Assembly (NCBI GenBank): GCA_904397865.1
Contig: CAJFOS010000013.1
Location: forward strand, 1 to 64,000
Direction of reading: 5' to 3'
DNA length: 64,000 nt
Source: Candidatus Allochristensenella caecavium
Lineage (GTDB): Bacteria > Bacillota > Clostridia > Christensenellales > QAND01
Shown here: piece after piece, positions 37,528 to 47,067 of the stretch
How the letters are laid out: each line of letters starts with the position of its first letter
How positions within the stretch are numbered: the first letter of the stretch is position 1
Notes under the pieces: generated by a model
Databases searched by the model: none
The model's input: the letters and a program-made list of their open reading frames with translations, nothing else
Told to the model about the DNA's origin: nothing
Position numbers and translations under genes: made by a program

Positions 37528-38905
37528 TCATTTCGCTGACGCGAATGCGCGGCTGGCCGACGTTGGTTGGTACGCTGCCCGAAACCGAACCGCACATGCC
37601 CTGGCCCAACGAGACGCCTTTTTCCACGCCGTCGATACGCATGAGCACTTCGCTGCCTTTGCCAATCAGCGTTGCGCCGCGAACCGGGCGGTCAATCTGT
37701 CCATTTTGAATCCAGTATCCTTCTGTGACGGCGAAGTTAAATTCGCCCGTCAACGGATTGACACTGCCGCCGCCCATCCGCTTGGCGTACAAGCCGTTAG
37801 GGACTTCCCCGAGCACGTTTTCATCCGTCCCGTCGGCGATAAAGGTATTGGTCATGCGGGAGGTCGGCGCAAAGCGATAATTCTGCCGCCGCCCGCTGCC
37901 GGTAGGCGCCATGTTCATGCGGCGGCCGCCCAGAATATCAATCATATAGCCGGTTAAAATGCCATCGCGAATCAGTACGTTGCATTGGCTGGGATTGCCT
38001 TCATCATCATAACCGATGCTGCCCCATTCGCCCTGCATCGTTCCGTCGTCGATGGCCGTCACTTTTTTATTGGCAATCTGCTGGCCCATCTTGCCAGCAA
38101 ATTCGCTGTTGCCGCGCGCGACAGCTGTTGCCTCCAGCGAATGACCGCATGCTTCGTGGAAAATCACGCCGCCGAATCCGCCGTCAATCACAACCGGTAC
38201 GCGTCCGGCCGGACAAAACGGCGCATGCAGCATGGTCACGGCTGTTTCAGCCGCTGTGCGTGCCGTGCCTTCAATATCCAGCGTGTCGAAGAATTCAAAG
38301 CCGGCGCCGGCGCCCGGGCCTTCAAAGCCAGTCTGCATTTCGGCCCCCTGTGCAGCGACGGCCTGGATGGCCAGCCGCGCGCGGGAACGTTCGTCCTCTA
38401 CCCATACGCCGGTAGAATTGGCGATGACAACATGCTGGTGCACGTCCATCACCGTGCTCATCGCCTGCACAATCTCCGGTGAAAACGCTCGCGCGGCCTC
38501 ATAGGCGCGCTTGGCCACCTGAGCACGTTGTGCCATGCTAACATCCTGGGGGTGGATGGCGGCGGGTTGCAACGGCCGTGCGGGGCGCAGAACAAAGTCT
38601 TTGCACATCTCGCCTTTTGCAGCCTGTAAGGTCTGCGCGGCAGCCAGGGCCGCCTGTTTAAGCGCCGCTTCAGAAACGTCGCACGTGTAGGCGTATGCAC
38701 AGTTGGTGCCGCTCAGTACACGTACGCCCGCTCCATAATCACAGCCGGAAAGCGCCGTTTCGACCTTTCCATCCTTGTACCCAACGGTCGTGCGCCGCGT
38801 ATCTTCAAAAAAGACCTCGGCAAAATCCGCCCCGTTGGCAATACCGGCCGCAAGAGCGGCCTGAATCGCTTGCTTGTCAATCATGATTCGGTTCCTTTCT
38901 TCCAT
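37505..38905 (-). CDS. tldD: TldD-family metalloprotease
   Basis: HEACGHSLEA HExxxH motif. GGFGGVIF. 466 aa. Confidence 0.8.
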   Translation of the reverse strand: MEERNRIMIDKQAIQAALAAGIANGADFAEVFFEDTRRTTVGYKDGKVETALSGCDYGAGVRVLSGTNCAYAYTCDVSEAALKQAALAAAQTLQAAKGEMCKDFVLRPARPLQPAAIHPQDVSMAQRAQVAKRAYEAARAFSPEIVQAMSTVMDVHQHVVIANSTGVWVEDERSRARLAIQAVAAQGAEMQTGFEGPGAGAGFEFFDTLDIEGTARTAAETAVTMLHAPFCPAGRVPVVIDGGFGGVIFHEACGHSLEATAVARGNSEFAGKMGQQIANKKVTAIDDGTMQGEWGSIGYDDEGNPSQCNVLIRDGILTGYMIDILGGRRMNMAPTGSGRRQNYRFAPTSRMTNTFIADGTDENVLGEVPNGLYAKRMGGGSVNPLTGEFNFAVTEGYWIQNGQIDRPVRGATLIGKGSEVLMRIDGVEKGVSLGQGMCGSVSGSVPTNVGQPRIRVSEMIVGGRED

Positions 38906-40200
38906 TGTCCGCGCCGTATCATCGTTTCGCGGATATTTTTTTCCTGCCCCATATCGCTGGGCTGATAATACACATGCCCTTTGACCGATGGCGGCGCATA
39001 CTCCTGTTCAATATAATGCCCCGGAAAATCATGAGGATACTTGTATCCAACGCCATGCCCCAGTTGTTCGGCGCCGCTGTAATGCGTATCACGCAAATGG
39101 ATAGGCACGGGTTCTTCGGCATAATCGCCCACGTCGGCCATTGCGCTGTCAATTGCCATCACCACACTGTTGCTTTTCGGGCTTTGGCATACGTAGATAA
39201 TCGCTTGCGCGAGGGATAGTTTGGCCTCTGGCATGCCGATAAATTCCAGCGCCTGCGCGGCGGCGACCGCCTGCACCATGGCCTGCGGGTTGGCCAAGCC
39301 CACATCTTCGCTGGCGTGGGCGATGACACGCCGCGCAATGACGCGCGGGTCAACCCCGGCATAAATCATGCGTGCAAACCACGCCAGCGCCGCATCGGCA
39401 TCGCTGCCGCGCAGGGATTTGCAGAACGCGCTGAGCATATTGTAAAAATGTTCGTCATCGATGTTCATCATCCGTTTCTGGATGCTTTCCTGTGCCACTT
39501 CCATGGTGATGTGCACGCTGCCGTCCGCCTCCGGCGGCGTACTGCCCACGGCCAGTTCCAGCGCGTTGAGCGCGGTGCGCGCATCGCCGTTTGCAACGTT
39601 GGCCCAGTGTTCCCGCACGCCGGGGTCCAGTATGATTGTGCGGTCTCCATAGCCGCGTGGGTCGGTAAGGGCACGGTCGATGGCGGTGATGACGTCCGCA
39701 GCCCGCAAGGGATAGAACTGAAAAACGCGGCAGCGGCTGACGATGGCGGCGGTCATAGCAATCATGGGGTTCTCCGTCGTTGAGCCAATGAAGCGAATCG
39801 TCCCACTTTCCAACGCCGGCAGGATGGTGTCGCTCTGTGCGCGCGTCCACCGGTGACATTCATCCAGTAAAACGTAGGTGGATTTGCCGTACAGTTTTAA
39901 ATCGCTCTGCGCCTGTTCGATGATGCTGCGCATCTCCTTAACGCCGGTGGAAACAGCGTTGATTTTCACAAAATGGCTTTGCGTGGCGTTGGCGATGATG
40001 GATGCCAACGTCGTCTTGCCGCACCCGGGCGGCCCAAAGAAGATGCTGCTGGTCAGCGAATCGGTCTCAATGGCGCGGCGCAGCAGTTTGCCGGGGCCTA
40101 CGATGTGCTGTTGACCGATGAATTCATCCAGCGTACGCGGACGCATGCGGTCGGCCAGCGGAGCCCGTTGGGCTGCCGCTGCGGAGAAGAGATCGAACAC
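38881..40200 (-). CDS. rarA: Replication-associated recombination protein A (AAA+ ATPase)
   Basis: Walker A GPPGCGKTT, Walker B LLDECHRW, MgsA C-terminal domain. Confidence 0.9.
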   Translation of the reverse strand: MFDLFSAAAAQRAPLADRMRPRTLDEFIGQQHIVGPGKLLRRAIETDSLTSSIFFGPPGCGKTTLASIIANATQSHFVKINAVSTGVKEMRSIIEQAQSDLKLYGKSTYVLLDECHRWTRAQSDTILPALESGTIRFIGSTTENPMIAMTAAIVSRCRVFQFYPLRAADVITAIDRALTDPRGYGDRTIILDPGVREHWANVANGDARTALNALELAVGSTPPEADGSVHITMEVAQESIQKRMMNIDDEHFYNMLSAFCKSLRGSDADAALAWFARMIYAGVDPRVIARRVIAHASEDVGLANPQAMVQAVAAAQALEFIGMPEAKLSLAQAIIYVCQSPKSNSVVMAIDSAMADVGDYAEEPVPIHLRDTHYSGAEQLGHGVGYKYPHDFPGHYIEQEYAPPSVKGHVYYQPSDMGQEKNIRETMIRRGQWKKGTES

Positions 40201-40407
40201 GGAACCAAACCTCCTTTGCGTCGATTGGTCCGCAGAAAACGGACAAAAGGAAAAGAAAATCCCTACAAATCGTACAAATTAAATTGGAAATGATTGTTTT
40301 CTTATTATAGCACTGATATAATAAAACCTAATATAAAATTTAGCCCATTGCGGGCCATTATTTTCTTACGGTGTGGGTCAAAGCCGCCCGTGAAAGGAGA
40401 AAGCCAA

Positions 40408-41496
40408 ATGAAGAAAAGGGTCTACAACTTTTCAGCTGGCCCTGCGGTAATGCCGGAACCGGTCTTGCAGCAAGCGGCACAAGAACTCCTCTGCCACGGT
40501 GACGATGGTATGAGCGTCATGGAAATGTCCCACCGATCTTCGATGTTTACCAAGATTTTTGACGAAGCGGAAGCCAATCTGCGCACCTTGATGCACATTC
40601 CGGACAATTATAAGGTTCTGTTTTTGCAGGGCGGCGCTTCGCTTCAGTTTTCCATGATTCCGCTTAACCTGATGCAAAAGGGCCATGCGGATTATATCAA
40701 TACGGGCTCGTGGAGCAAAAAGGCAATCAAGGAAGCAAAAAAGGTCGGTGAAGTGAACATCGTTGCTTCCAGTGAAGAGCAAAACTTCAGTGAATTGCCG
40801 CAGATTGACGCGGCCAAGATGAACCCGGACGCGGATTACCTGTACATCGTGACCAACAACACGATTTACGGCACCTGTTATCCGGAACTGCCCAAACCGC
40901 CTGCGGGCGTGCCGCTGGTAGCGGACGCTTCGAGCAATATCCTTTCCCGGCCGTATGACATCAATGATTTTGGCCTGCTTTATTTCGGAGCGCAGAAAAA
41001 CGTCGGGCCTGCGGGACTGACGATTGTTATTGTACGTGAGGATTTAATTGGACACTGCCCGGCCAATACGCCCACCATGCTGGATTATCAGACGCATGCG
41101 GATAACGGGTCCATGTTCAATACCCCGCCTACCTTTGCCATTTATATGGCGGGCCTGGTCTTCAAGTGGATGCTGGATAACGGCGGCGTAGAGGCCATGT
41201 GGGAAACCAATAAGAAAAAGGCGGCGCTGTTGTATGACTATATTGACCAGAGCGGGTTTTATAAAGGTACAGTGACCAACAAAGCGCACCGTTCCATCAT
41301 GAATGTACCGTTTGTGTTGCCGGATGAAGCGCTCAACAAGCCGTTTTTAGAACAGGCGGAAGCACGGGGCCTGGTCAACTTGAAAGGCCACCGCAGCGTC
41401 GGTGGCATGCGCGCCTCGATTTACAATGCCATGCCGGTGGAAGGCGTACAGACGCTGGTGGATTTTATGCGTGAGTTTGCGCAGAGCCACCGTTAA
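40408..41496 (+). CDS. serC: 3-phosphoserine aminotransferase
   Basis: MKKRVYNFSAGPAVMPEPVL start after RBS GAAAGGAGAAAG. PLP-Lys region FGAQKNVGPAG. The track ORF starts earlier at 40294, with no RBS there. Confidence 0.9.
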   Translation: MKKRVYNFSAGPAVMPEPVLQQAAQELLCHGDDGMSVMEMSHRSSMFTKIFDEAEANLRTLMHIPDNYKVLFLQGGASLQFSMIPLNLMQKGHADYINTGSWSKKAIKEAKKVGEVNIVASSEEQNFSELPQIDAAKMNPDADYLYIVTNNTIYGTCYPELPKPPAGVPLVADASSNILSRPYDINDFGLLYFGAQKNVGPAGLTIVIVREDLIGHCPANTPTMLDYQTHADNGSMFNTPPTFAIYMAGLVFKWMLDNGGVEAMWETNKKKAALLYDYIDQSGFYKGTVTNKAHRSIMNVPFVLPDEALNKPFLEQAEARGLVNLKGHRSVGGMRASIYNAMPVEGVQTLVDFMREFAQSHR

Positions 41497-41517
41497 AGGA
41501 TGGATGAGGAGAAAACG

Positions 41518-42693
41518 ATGAAAAAACGAATTGCGTTACTGAATAATATTTCGTCAATCATTTACAGCGCCTTTCCGGCGGACCGATATGAAGTCGGCAA
41601 GGACGTAGACGACCCGCAGGGCATTATTGTCCGCAGCGCAGACTGCAAGGAGATGCAGTTCAATCCCTCTTTGCTGGGAATTGCCCGTGCCGGCGTTGGG
41701 TATAACAACATCCCGATTGACCGCTGCACCGAAGCGGGGATTTGCGTATTCAACACCCCGGGCGCCAATGCGAACGCCGTTAAGGAATTGGTGCTCGCTT
41801 CGGCCATCATGGCGGGCCGCAACGTCTTTGAAGGCGTGCAATGGACGCAGAGCCTCAAGGGGACGGAGGGCGTCGAAAAAGCGGTGGAAGCCGGTAAAAA
41901 ACAGTTTGTCGGTCCGGAAATCAAAAACAAAAAACTGGGTGTCATCGGCCTGGGCGCTATCGGTGCCATGGTGGCCAACGATGCATATGCGCTGGGGATG
42001 GAAGTGATAGGATACGACCCGTTCCTGACGGTGGAAGCGGCTTGGACGCTGCACCGCAACATTCAACGCGCGGCAACGTTAGAGGCCCTGGTGGCGGATT
42101 GCGATATCATCACCATTCATATTCCGCTGATGGACAAAACGCGCAACATGATTGATGAAGAGATTTTCAACAAAATGCAGAAGGGGGCTATTTTGCTCAA
42201 CTTCGCGCGTGGCGGTTTGGTGGATGAGCAGGCCTTGAAGGTGGCGTTGGAAAAAGGGACGGTACGCAAGTACATCACGGATTTTCCCAACGATACCATC
42301 ATCAATTATCCCAATACCATCTGCGTACCGCATCTGGGTGCCTCTTCGCCGGAAAGCGAGGAAAATTGTGCAGAGATGGCTGCCGCTCAACTGTATGATT
42401 ACCTGCAGACGGGCAATATCCGCAATTCGGTCAATCTGCCGGCTTGCCAGCTGCCGCCGTATGAGGGTGGCCGCCTGACCATGATTCACAAGAACATGCC
42501 GAACATGGTCAGCCAGATTACCAGCGTATTGGCCAAGGAAAATGTCAACATCGCGCATATGAACAACCGCTCGCGCGGGGCGGTAGCATATACGATGATT
42601 GATGTCGACCAACCCGTGTCTGAACAGACGGTGGAAGCCATCAGTGCGATTGAAGGCATGATACGCGTACGCGTTATCAAAAGTGCTTATTGA
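41518..42693 (+). CDS. serA: D-3-phosphoglycerate dehydrogenase with C-terminal ACT domain
   Basis: NAD Rossmann GLGAIGAMVA, catalytic HIPLMDKTRNMI...FARGGLVDE...PHLGASS, C-terminal ACT. Confidence 0.9.
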   Translation: MKKRIALLNNISSIIYSAFPADRYEVGKDVDDPQGIIVRSADCKEMQFNPSLLGIARAGVGYNNIPIDRCTEAGICVFNTPGANANAVKELVLASAIMAGRNVFEGVQWTQSLKGTEGVEKAVEAGKKQFVGPEIKNKKLGVIGLGAIGAMVANDAYALGMEVIGYDPFLTVEAAWTLHRNIQRAATLEALVADCDIITIHIPLMDKTRNMIDEEIFNKMQKGAILLNFARGGLVDEQALKVALEKGTVRKYITDFPNDTIINYPNTICVPHLGASSPESEENCAEMAAAQLYDYLQTGNIRNSVNLPACQLPPYEGGRLTMIHKNMPNMVSQITSVLAKENVNIAHMNNRSRGAVAYTMIDVDQPVSEQTVEAISAIEGMIRVRVIKSAY

Positions 42694-42715
42694 GAAAAAA
42701 CCATATGGAAATAGC

Positions 42716-42747
42716 ACAAACACCCGGTGGGAACCGGGTGTTTGTTT
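42716..42747 (+). terminator. Rho-independent terminator after serA
   Basis: acaaacacccggtgggaaccgggtgtttgttt. Confidence 0.7.
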
Positions 42748-42943
42748 CATCGAAAACAAAGCCGTGCGGGCATGCAGAGTGTACGCGCGAGCAAGGGCCG
42801 CTGCATGCGCCAAATAGAAGAATGTGCGTAAATTCCCAACAAATTATTGTTGCGTGCCGGTGTTGTACAGATGCGGCCAAAGACCGTATAAGCCACCATT
42901 TCATGCGTAAGCCTCTTTTTACATACGATTAATGGGACGCTGC

Positions 42944-42971
42944 TTGACAGAACGCAAGCTGTTTTCTATGC
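42944..42971 (+). promoter_or_regulatory. Candidate promoter for selD
   Basis: TTGACA-16 nt-TATGCT about 30 nt upstream of the selD start. Confidence 0.3.
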
Positions 42972-43000
42972 TTGGCATAAAGCAAAGGAGGAATACAGAC

Positions 43001-44038
43001 ATGGCCGACCGGATTCAACTGACCAAACTGGCACATTGTGCGGGTTGTGGTGCCAAAGTGGGGGCGGGCACGTTGAGTAAGATGCTCAAAAGCTTGCCCG
43101 TGCATCATGATGAACGCCTGCTGGTCGGATTTGATACCAGCGACGATTGTTCGGTTTATCAATTGACCGATGACTGTTGTGTCATTCAAACGCTGGATTT
43201 CTTCCCGCCGATTGTGGATGACCCGTATACGTTTGGGCAAATTGCAGCGGCCAATGCGCTCAGTGACATCTTTGCCATGGGTGCCGAACCAAAGCTGGCC
43301 ATGAACATTCTCTGTACGTCCACAAAGATGACGGACATGGATGTGCAAGCGCTGTTGCAGGGTGGTTATGAAAAGGTTTATGAAGCGGGCGCGCTGATTA
43401 CGGGCGGCCATTCTATCATGGGAGAGGAACCCAAATATGGTTTATCGGTCACTGGGTTTGCTCACCCGGAGGCTGTGCTGCTTAATTCCAAAGCCAAGCC
43501 GGGCGACTGCCTGATTCTGACAAAGCCGTTGGGGATTGGCATTTTGACTACCGCCGCCAAAGGGGAGCTGGTTGAACCCGAGCTGTATCAGCGGGCGGTT
43601 GTGCAGATGTGCACGCTCAATAAGCAAGCGCGGGATATTATGGTGCAGTATGAGGTGCACGCTTGTACGGATGTGACGGGATTTGGTCTGTTAGGACATG
43701 CGTATGAAATGGCACAGGGTGCGAAAGTGACGCTGGCGGTTCAGGCGGATGCTGTGCCGGTGCTGCCAGGCGTACGCACCTGGGCAGAGATGGGCCTGTT
43801 GCCCGAAGGCATGTACCGCAACCGCATGTTTGCCGAGCCGGGGGTGCACGCAGCGCCAGGTGTGGATGCAGCCTTGCAGGATATCCTATACGACCCCCAG
43901 ACATCCGGTGGGTTGTTGATAGCTGTTGCAGAAAAGCAAGCGGATGCGCTGTGCCGCCAGCTGGCGGACACCATTCCCTGTGCATGCATCATTGGGCAGG
44001 TCGAACCGCAGCAGGAGGCGTTTGTGCATCTTTCTTGA
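43001..44038 (+). CDS. selD: Selenide, water dikinase (selenophosphate synthetase), Cys-type
   Basis: N-terminal LTKLAHCAGCGAKVG aligns with E. coli HGAGCGCKI (Cys17 and Lys20 equivalents present, no in-frame TGA). AIR-synthase-like fold motifs. RBS AAAGGAGGAA. Confidence 0.85.
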   Translation: MADRIQLTKLAHCAGCGAKVGAGTLSKMLKSLPVHHDERLLVGFDTSDDCSVYQLTDDCCVIQTLDFFPPIVDDPYTFGQIAAANALSDIFAMGAEPKLAMNILCTSTKMTDMDVQALLQGGYEKVYEAGALITGGHSIMGEEPKYGLSVTGFAHPEAVLLNSKAKPGDCLILTKPLGIGILTTAAKGELVEPELYQRAVVQMCTLNKQARDIMVQYEVHACTDVTGFGLLGHAYEMAQGAKVTLAVQADAVPVLPGVRTWAEMGLLPEGMYRNRMFAEPGVHAAPGVDAALQDILYDPQTSGGLLIAVAEKQADALCRQLADTIPCACIIGQVEPQQEAFVHLS

Positions 44039-44050
44039 AGAGTGAAGATA

Positions 44051-44078
44051 AGCGCCGGCGAACAGCCGGCGCTTTTTT
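44051..44078 (+). terminator. Rho-independent terminator after selD
   Basis: agcgccggcgaacagccggcgcttttttg. Confidence 0.7.
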
Positions 44079-44148
44079 GTATAGGCTTGTATAGGCGAAT
44101 CAGGAAGCACCCCTTGCAAATTTCATCCAAATCCATATACTGGTAGTA

Positions 44149-44174
44149 GCGTTCTATTTTTAAAAATAGAACGC
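44149..44174 (+). promoter_or_regulatory. Perfect 26-bp palindrome, probable ModE operator
   Basis: GCGTTCTATTTTT|AAAAATAGAACGC, 19 nt upstream of the modE-like start. Resembles the E. coli ModE site CGnTATATA-N-TATATAnCG. Confidence 0.5.
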
Positions 44175-44192
44175 ATGGAAAGGAATGTTTGC

Positions 44193-44573
44193 ATGAACGA
44201 ACCCAGCTTGCAGTTCACGATGCGGCTACGGCTGTATCGCTCCGATTTCTTTTTTGGACCGGGTGTGGAAGAACTTTTTACCCGCATTGAACAGACCGGG
44301 TCCATCCAAAGAGCGGCGGCCGGTATGGAGATGTCTTACAGCAAAGCACTGCGGATGATTCGCCAGTTTGAACAGGAAATGGGCGTATCTGCTGTACAGC
44401 GGCACACAGGCGGCATCGGTGGCGGACATTCATCGCTGACGCCGGCGGGCAAAGCGTTTTTGCAGCAGTATATCGCGTTTAAGCAGGCTGTATACGAAGC
44501 GGCGGATGCGTTGTTTCCACAGTATTTTGGGCCGGCAAACGTACATGCAATCACAGGAGGGGAAGAAGAATGA
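44193..44573 (+). CDS. modE: ModE-family transcriptional regulator, N-terminal wHTH domain only
   Basis: GSIQRAAAGMEMSYSKALRMIRQFEQEMGVSAVQRHTGGIGGGHSSLTPAGKAFLQQY matches the ModE N-domain (GSISQGAK...SYKSAW...ERATGGKGGGGA.LT..G..L). No C-terminal TOBE/Mop domains (about 127 aa). Confidence 0.7.
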   Translation: MNEPSLQFTMRLRLYRSDFFFGPGVEELFTRIEQTGSIQRAAAGMEMSYSKALRMIRQFEQEMGVSAVQRHTGGIGGGHSSLTPAGKAFLQQYIAFKQAVYEAADALFPQYFGPANVHAITGGEEE

Positions 44574-45346
44574 AAAAGTGGATGAGTGGAGTATTGGCGC
44601 TTGGCGTGGCGTTGTGCCTGGTGGGCTGCGGCGGTGGTCAATCCGCTGAACCTGTGGAAATCCATGTTTCCGCGGCAGCGAGTTTGACGGACTGTATGAA
44701 CGAGCTCAAACAAATGTATGAAACCGAACATCAGGGTGTTACCATCACCTGCAACTACGGGTCCTCCGGCGCGCTGCAGCAGCAGATTGAGCAGGGAGCA
44801 CCGGCAGATCTGTTCTTTTCCGCAGGAAAAAAACAGATGACGGCCCTGCAGGACAAGCAGTTGATGGCGGACGATACCGTTTCCGATATGCTGGAAAACA
44901 AGGTTGTACTGATTACGCCGAAAGAAGGCGGGCAGGCATTGGCGGATTTCCAGGCATTAAAAGGGAATTCGATTCGCAAAATCGCCGCAGGTGACCCGGC
45001 CAGCGTGCCGGTAGGCCAGTATACGGAAGAGATTTTTAAAAACCTGGATTTGCAGGACGCACTCACGGAAAAACTTGTGTCGATGTCGGATGTGCGGGCG
45101 GTGCTTTCGGCGGTTGAAACGGGCAATGCGGATGCGGGTATCGTATATGAAACCGATGCCAAAATCAGTGATAACGTGCAGATTTGCTGCCAGGCGCCTA
45201 GTGGCTCTCATACACAGGTCATCTATCCCATCGGGTTGACGGTAGAAGGAGCCAAAAATGAGGCCGCCCAGGATTTTCTGACCTTTTTAAAGAGCGAACA
45301 GGCAAGGCAGATATTTATTCAATACGGCTTTACGCCTGTGCAATAA
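44570..45346 (+). CDS. modA: Molybdate ABC transporter substrate-binding lipoprotein
   Basis: Lipobox LVGCGG. ModA fold motifs (VSAAASLTD...YGSSGAL...DLFFSA). Start overlaps the modE stop. Confidence 0.85.
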   Translation: MKKWMSGVLALGVALCLVGCGGGQSAEPVEIHVSAAASLTDCMNELKQMYETEHQGVTITCNYGSSGALQQQIEQGAPADLFFSAGKKQMTALQDKQLMADDTVSDMLENKVVLITPKEGGQALADFQALKGNSIRKIAAGDPASVPVGQYTEEIFKNLDLQDALTEKLVSMSDVRAVLSAVETGNADAGIVYETDAKISDNVQICCQAPSGSHTQVIYPIGLTVEGAKNEAAQDFLTFLKSEQARQIFIQYGFTPVQ

Positions 45347-45355
45347 GAGGTTCGT

Positions 45356-46039
45356 ATGGCTTTTGATGTCTCTCCGTTATGGATTTCCCTGCGTACGTCG
45401 GTGTGCGCAGGGGTCATTGTTTTTGTGCTCGGTCTTTGCTGTGCGCGTGCATGTTTATACGCAAAAGGCTGGGTCAAATGGTTGACGGACGTGCTGTTTA
45501 CCCTCCCGCTTGTGCTGCCACCGACAGTGCTGGGCTATTTTTTACTGATTGCCATTGGGAAAAACAGCCCGTTGGGACAGGTTTTGATGCAGTGGGACGT
45601 TTCGCTGATTTTTACCTGGCCGGCAACGGTGATTGCCGCAGTCGTTGTTGCATTTCCGCTGATGTATCGGGCGGCCAAGGGCGCGCTGGAACAGGTGGAT
45701 ATGGATATGGTCTGGGCAGCGCGCACACTGGGCATGAATGAATGGCGGATTTTCATACGCATCATGCTGCCGCAGGCATGGCCGGGCATCGCGGCCGGGC
45801 TGGTGCTGGCGTTTGCACGGGCGTTGGGTGAATTTGGCGCAACGATGATGATTGCCGGCAACATCCCCGGCCAGACGCAGACCATTCCCATGGCCATTTA
45901 TTTTGCGACCGCCGCAGGAAACATGCGGACTGCGGGCATCTGGGTGGCTATTATCACAGCGGTGTCCTGTTTGGCGTTGGCGGTTATGCAGTATTACCAG
46001 GCGCGTGCAGCCCGTACCCGCGGAAAGGGACTTTCATGA
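45356..46039 (+). CDS. modB: Molybdate ABC transporter permease
   Basis: 5-6 TM. EAA-like loop ARTLGMNEWRIFIRIMLPQAWPGI. Confidence 0.85.
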   Translation: MAFDVSPLWISLRTSVCAGVIVFVLGLCCARACLYAKGWVKWLTDVLFTLPLVLPPTVLGYFLLIAIGKNSPLGQVLMQWDVSLIFTWPATVIAAVVVAFPLMYRAAKGALEQVDMDMVWAARTLGMNEWRIFIRIMLPQAWPGIAAGLVLAFARALGEFGATMMIAGNIPGQTQTIPMAIYFATAAGNMRTAGIWVAIITAVSCLALAVMQYYQARAARTRGKGLS

Positions 46040-47043
46040 GCGTTTATGTGGACATACAGAAAAACCTGGGTTCCTTTGCGCTGGATATTCGGCTTCAGGC
46101 TGGACCCGGTATCATGGGTATTTTGGGCGCTTCCGGCAGCGGAAAAAGCATGACGCTGCGTTGCCTGGCGGGGGCGGTTACGCCGGATGCAGGTCGTGTT
46201 GTGCTGAACGACCGTGTATTGTTTGACGCCGGGCAAAATATCAACCTGCCGGCACGTGAACGGCGTGTGGGACTGATGTTTCAAAACTACGCGTTGTTTC
46301 CGCATATGACGGTGGAACAGAATATTGCCAGCGGCATCCGGGAAAGAGAACGCCGGGAAGATATTTTAATGCGCTATCTGTCTTTGTTGCAACTGGAACC
46401 GTTGCGTCAGCGCAGGCCTTCGCAGCTCTCCGGCGGGCAGCAGCAAAGGGTAGCCTTGGCGCGCATGATGGCGAGTGAGCCGCAACTGATGATGCTCGAT
46501 GAGCCGTTTTCGGCTCTGGATATGCATCTGCGTGAACAGATTGAACCGGCATTGCTGCACGCGCTACAGGCGTATAAGGGAACGGTGTTGTACGTTTCGC
46601 ACAACATGGAAGAATTATATCGCATCTGTTCAACGGTGTTGGTCATTGAACAGGGCCATGTCATTGAGCAGGGGCCGACGCGCACGTTGTTTCGTCGCCC
46701 CAAACGGGTGGAAACCGCCCGGCTTCTATCCTGCCGAAACCTTTCGCCGGTGTGCAATGGAAGGACACACTGGGGGATAAGTTTGCCGGTACAGACGTCG
46801 CATGTGGGCATCTTTGGGGAAAACGTACACCTGCTAAGCGCAGCGCAACCGGATGCCTGGCCTGCAAGCGTGGTGTCGATACAGGAGGAACGCAGCCAAT
46901 GCGTCATATCGGTGCAGCTGACCGCCTCGGGCGTGCCGCTTCAGGCCATTTGCCCATTGGGATACCGCGAGCGATGGGGCTTGGGCCAGTCGGTATATGT
47001 ACGCGTCCAAAAGGACGATATGCTTCCTTTACAGGGGAAATAA
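46036..47043 (+). CDS. modC: Molybdate ABC transporter ATP-binding protein with C-terminal TOBE domain
   Basis: Walker A GASGSGKS, signature LSGGQQQRVALAR, Walker B LMMLDEP, about 120-aa C-terminal Mop/TOBE extension. Confidence 0.85.
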   Translation: MSVYVDIQKNLGSFALDIRLQAGPGIMGILGASGSGKSMTLRCLAGAVTPDAGRVVLNDRVLFDAGQNINLPARERRVGLMFQNYALFPHMTVEQNIASGIRERERREDILMRYLSLLQLEPLRQRRPSQLSGGQQQRVALARMMASEPQLMMLDEPFSALDMHLREQIEPALLHALQAYKGTVLYVSHNMEELYRICSTVLVIEQGHVIEQGPTRTLFRRPKRVETARLLSCRNLSPVCNGRTHWGISLPVQTSHVGIFGENVHLLSAAQPDAWPASVVSIQEERSQCVISVQLTASGVPLQAICPLGYRERWGLGQSVYVRVQKDDMLPLQGK

Positions 47044-47067
47044 AAAGCATGGGCATGCCCATGCTTT

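Noticed and set aside
42079-42813. 244-aa minus-strand ORF antisense to serA
   Set aside because: Overlaps a conserved serA. Would run through the serA terminator.
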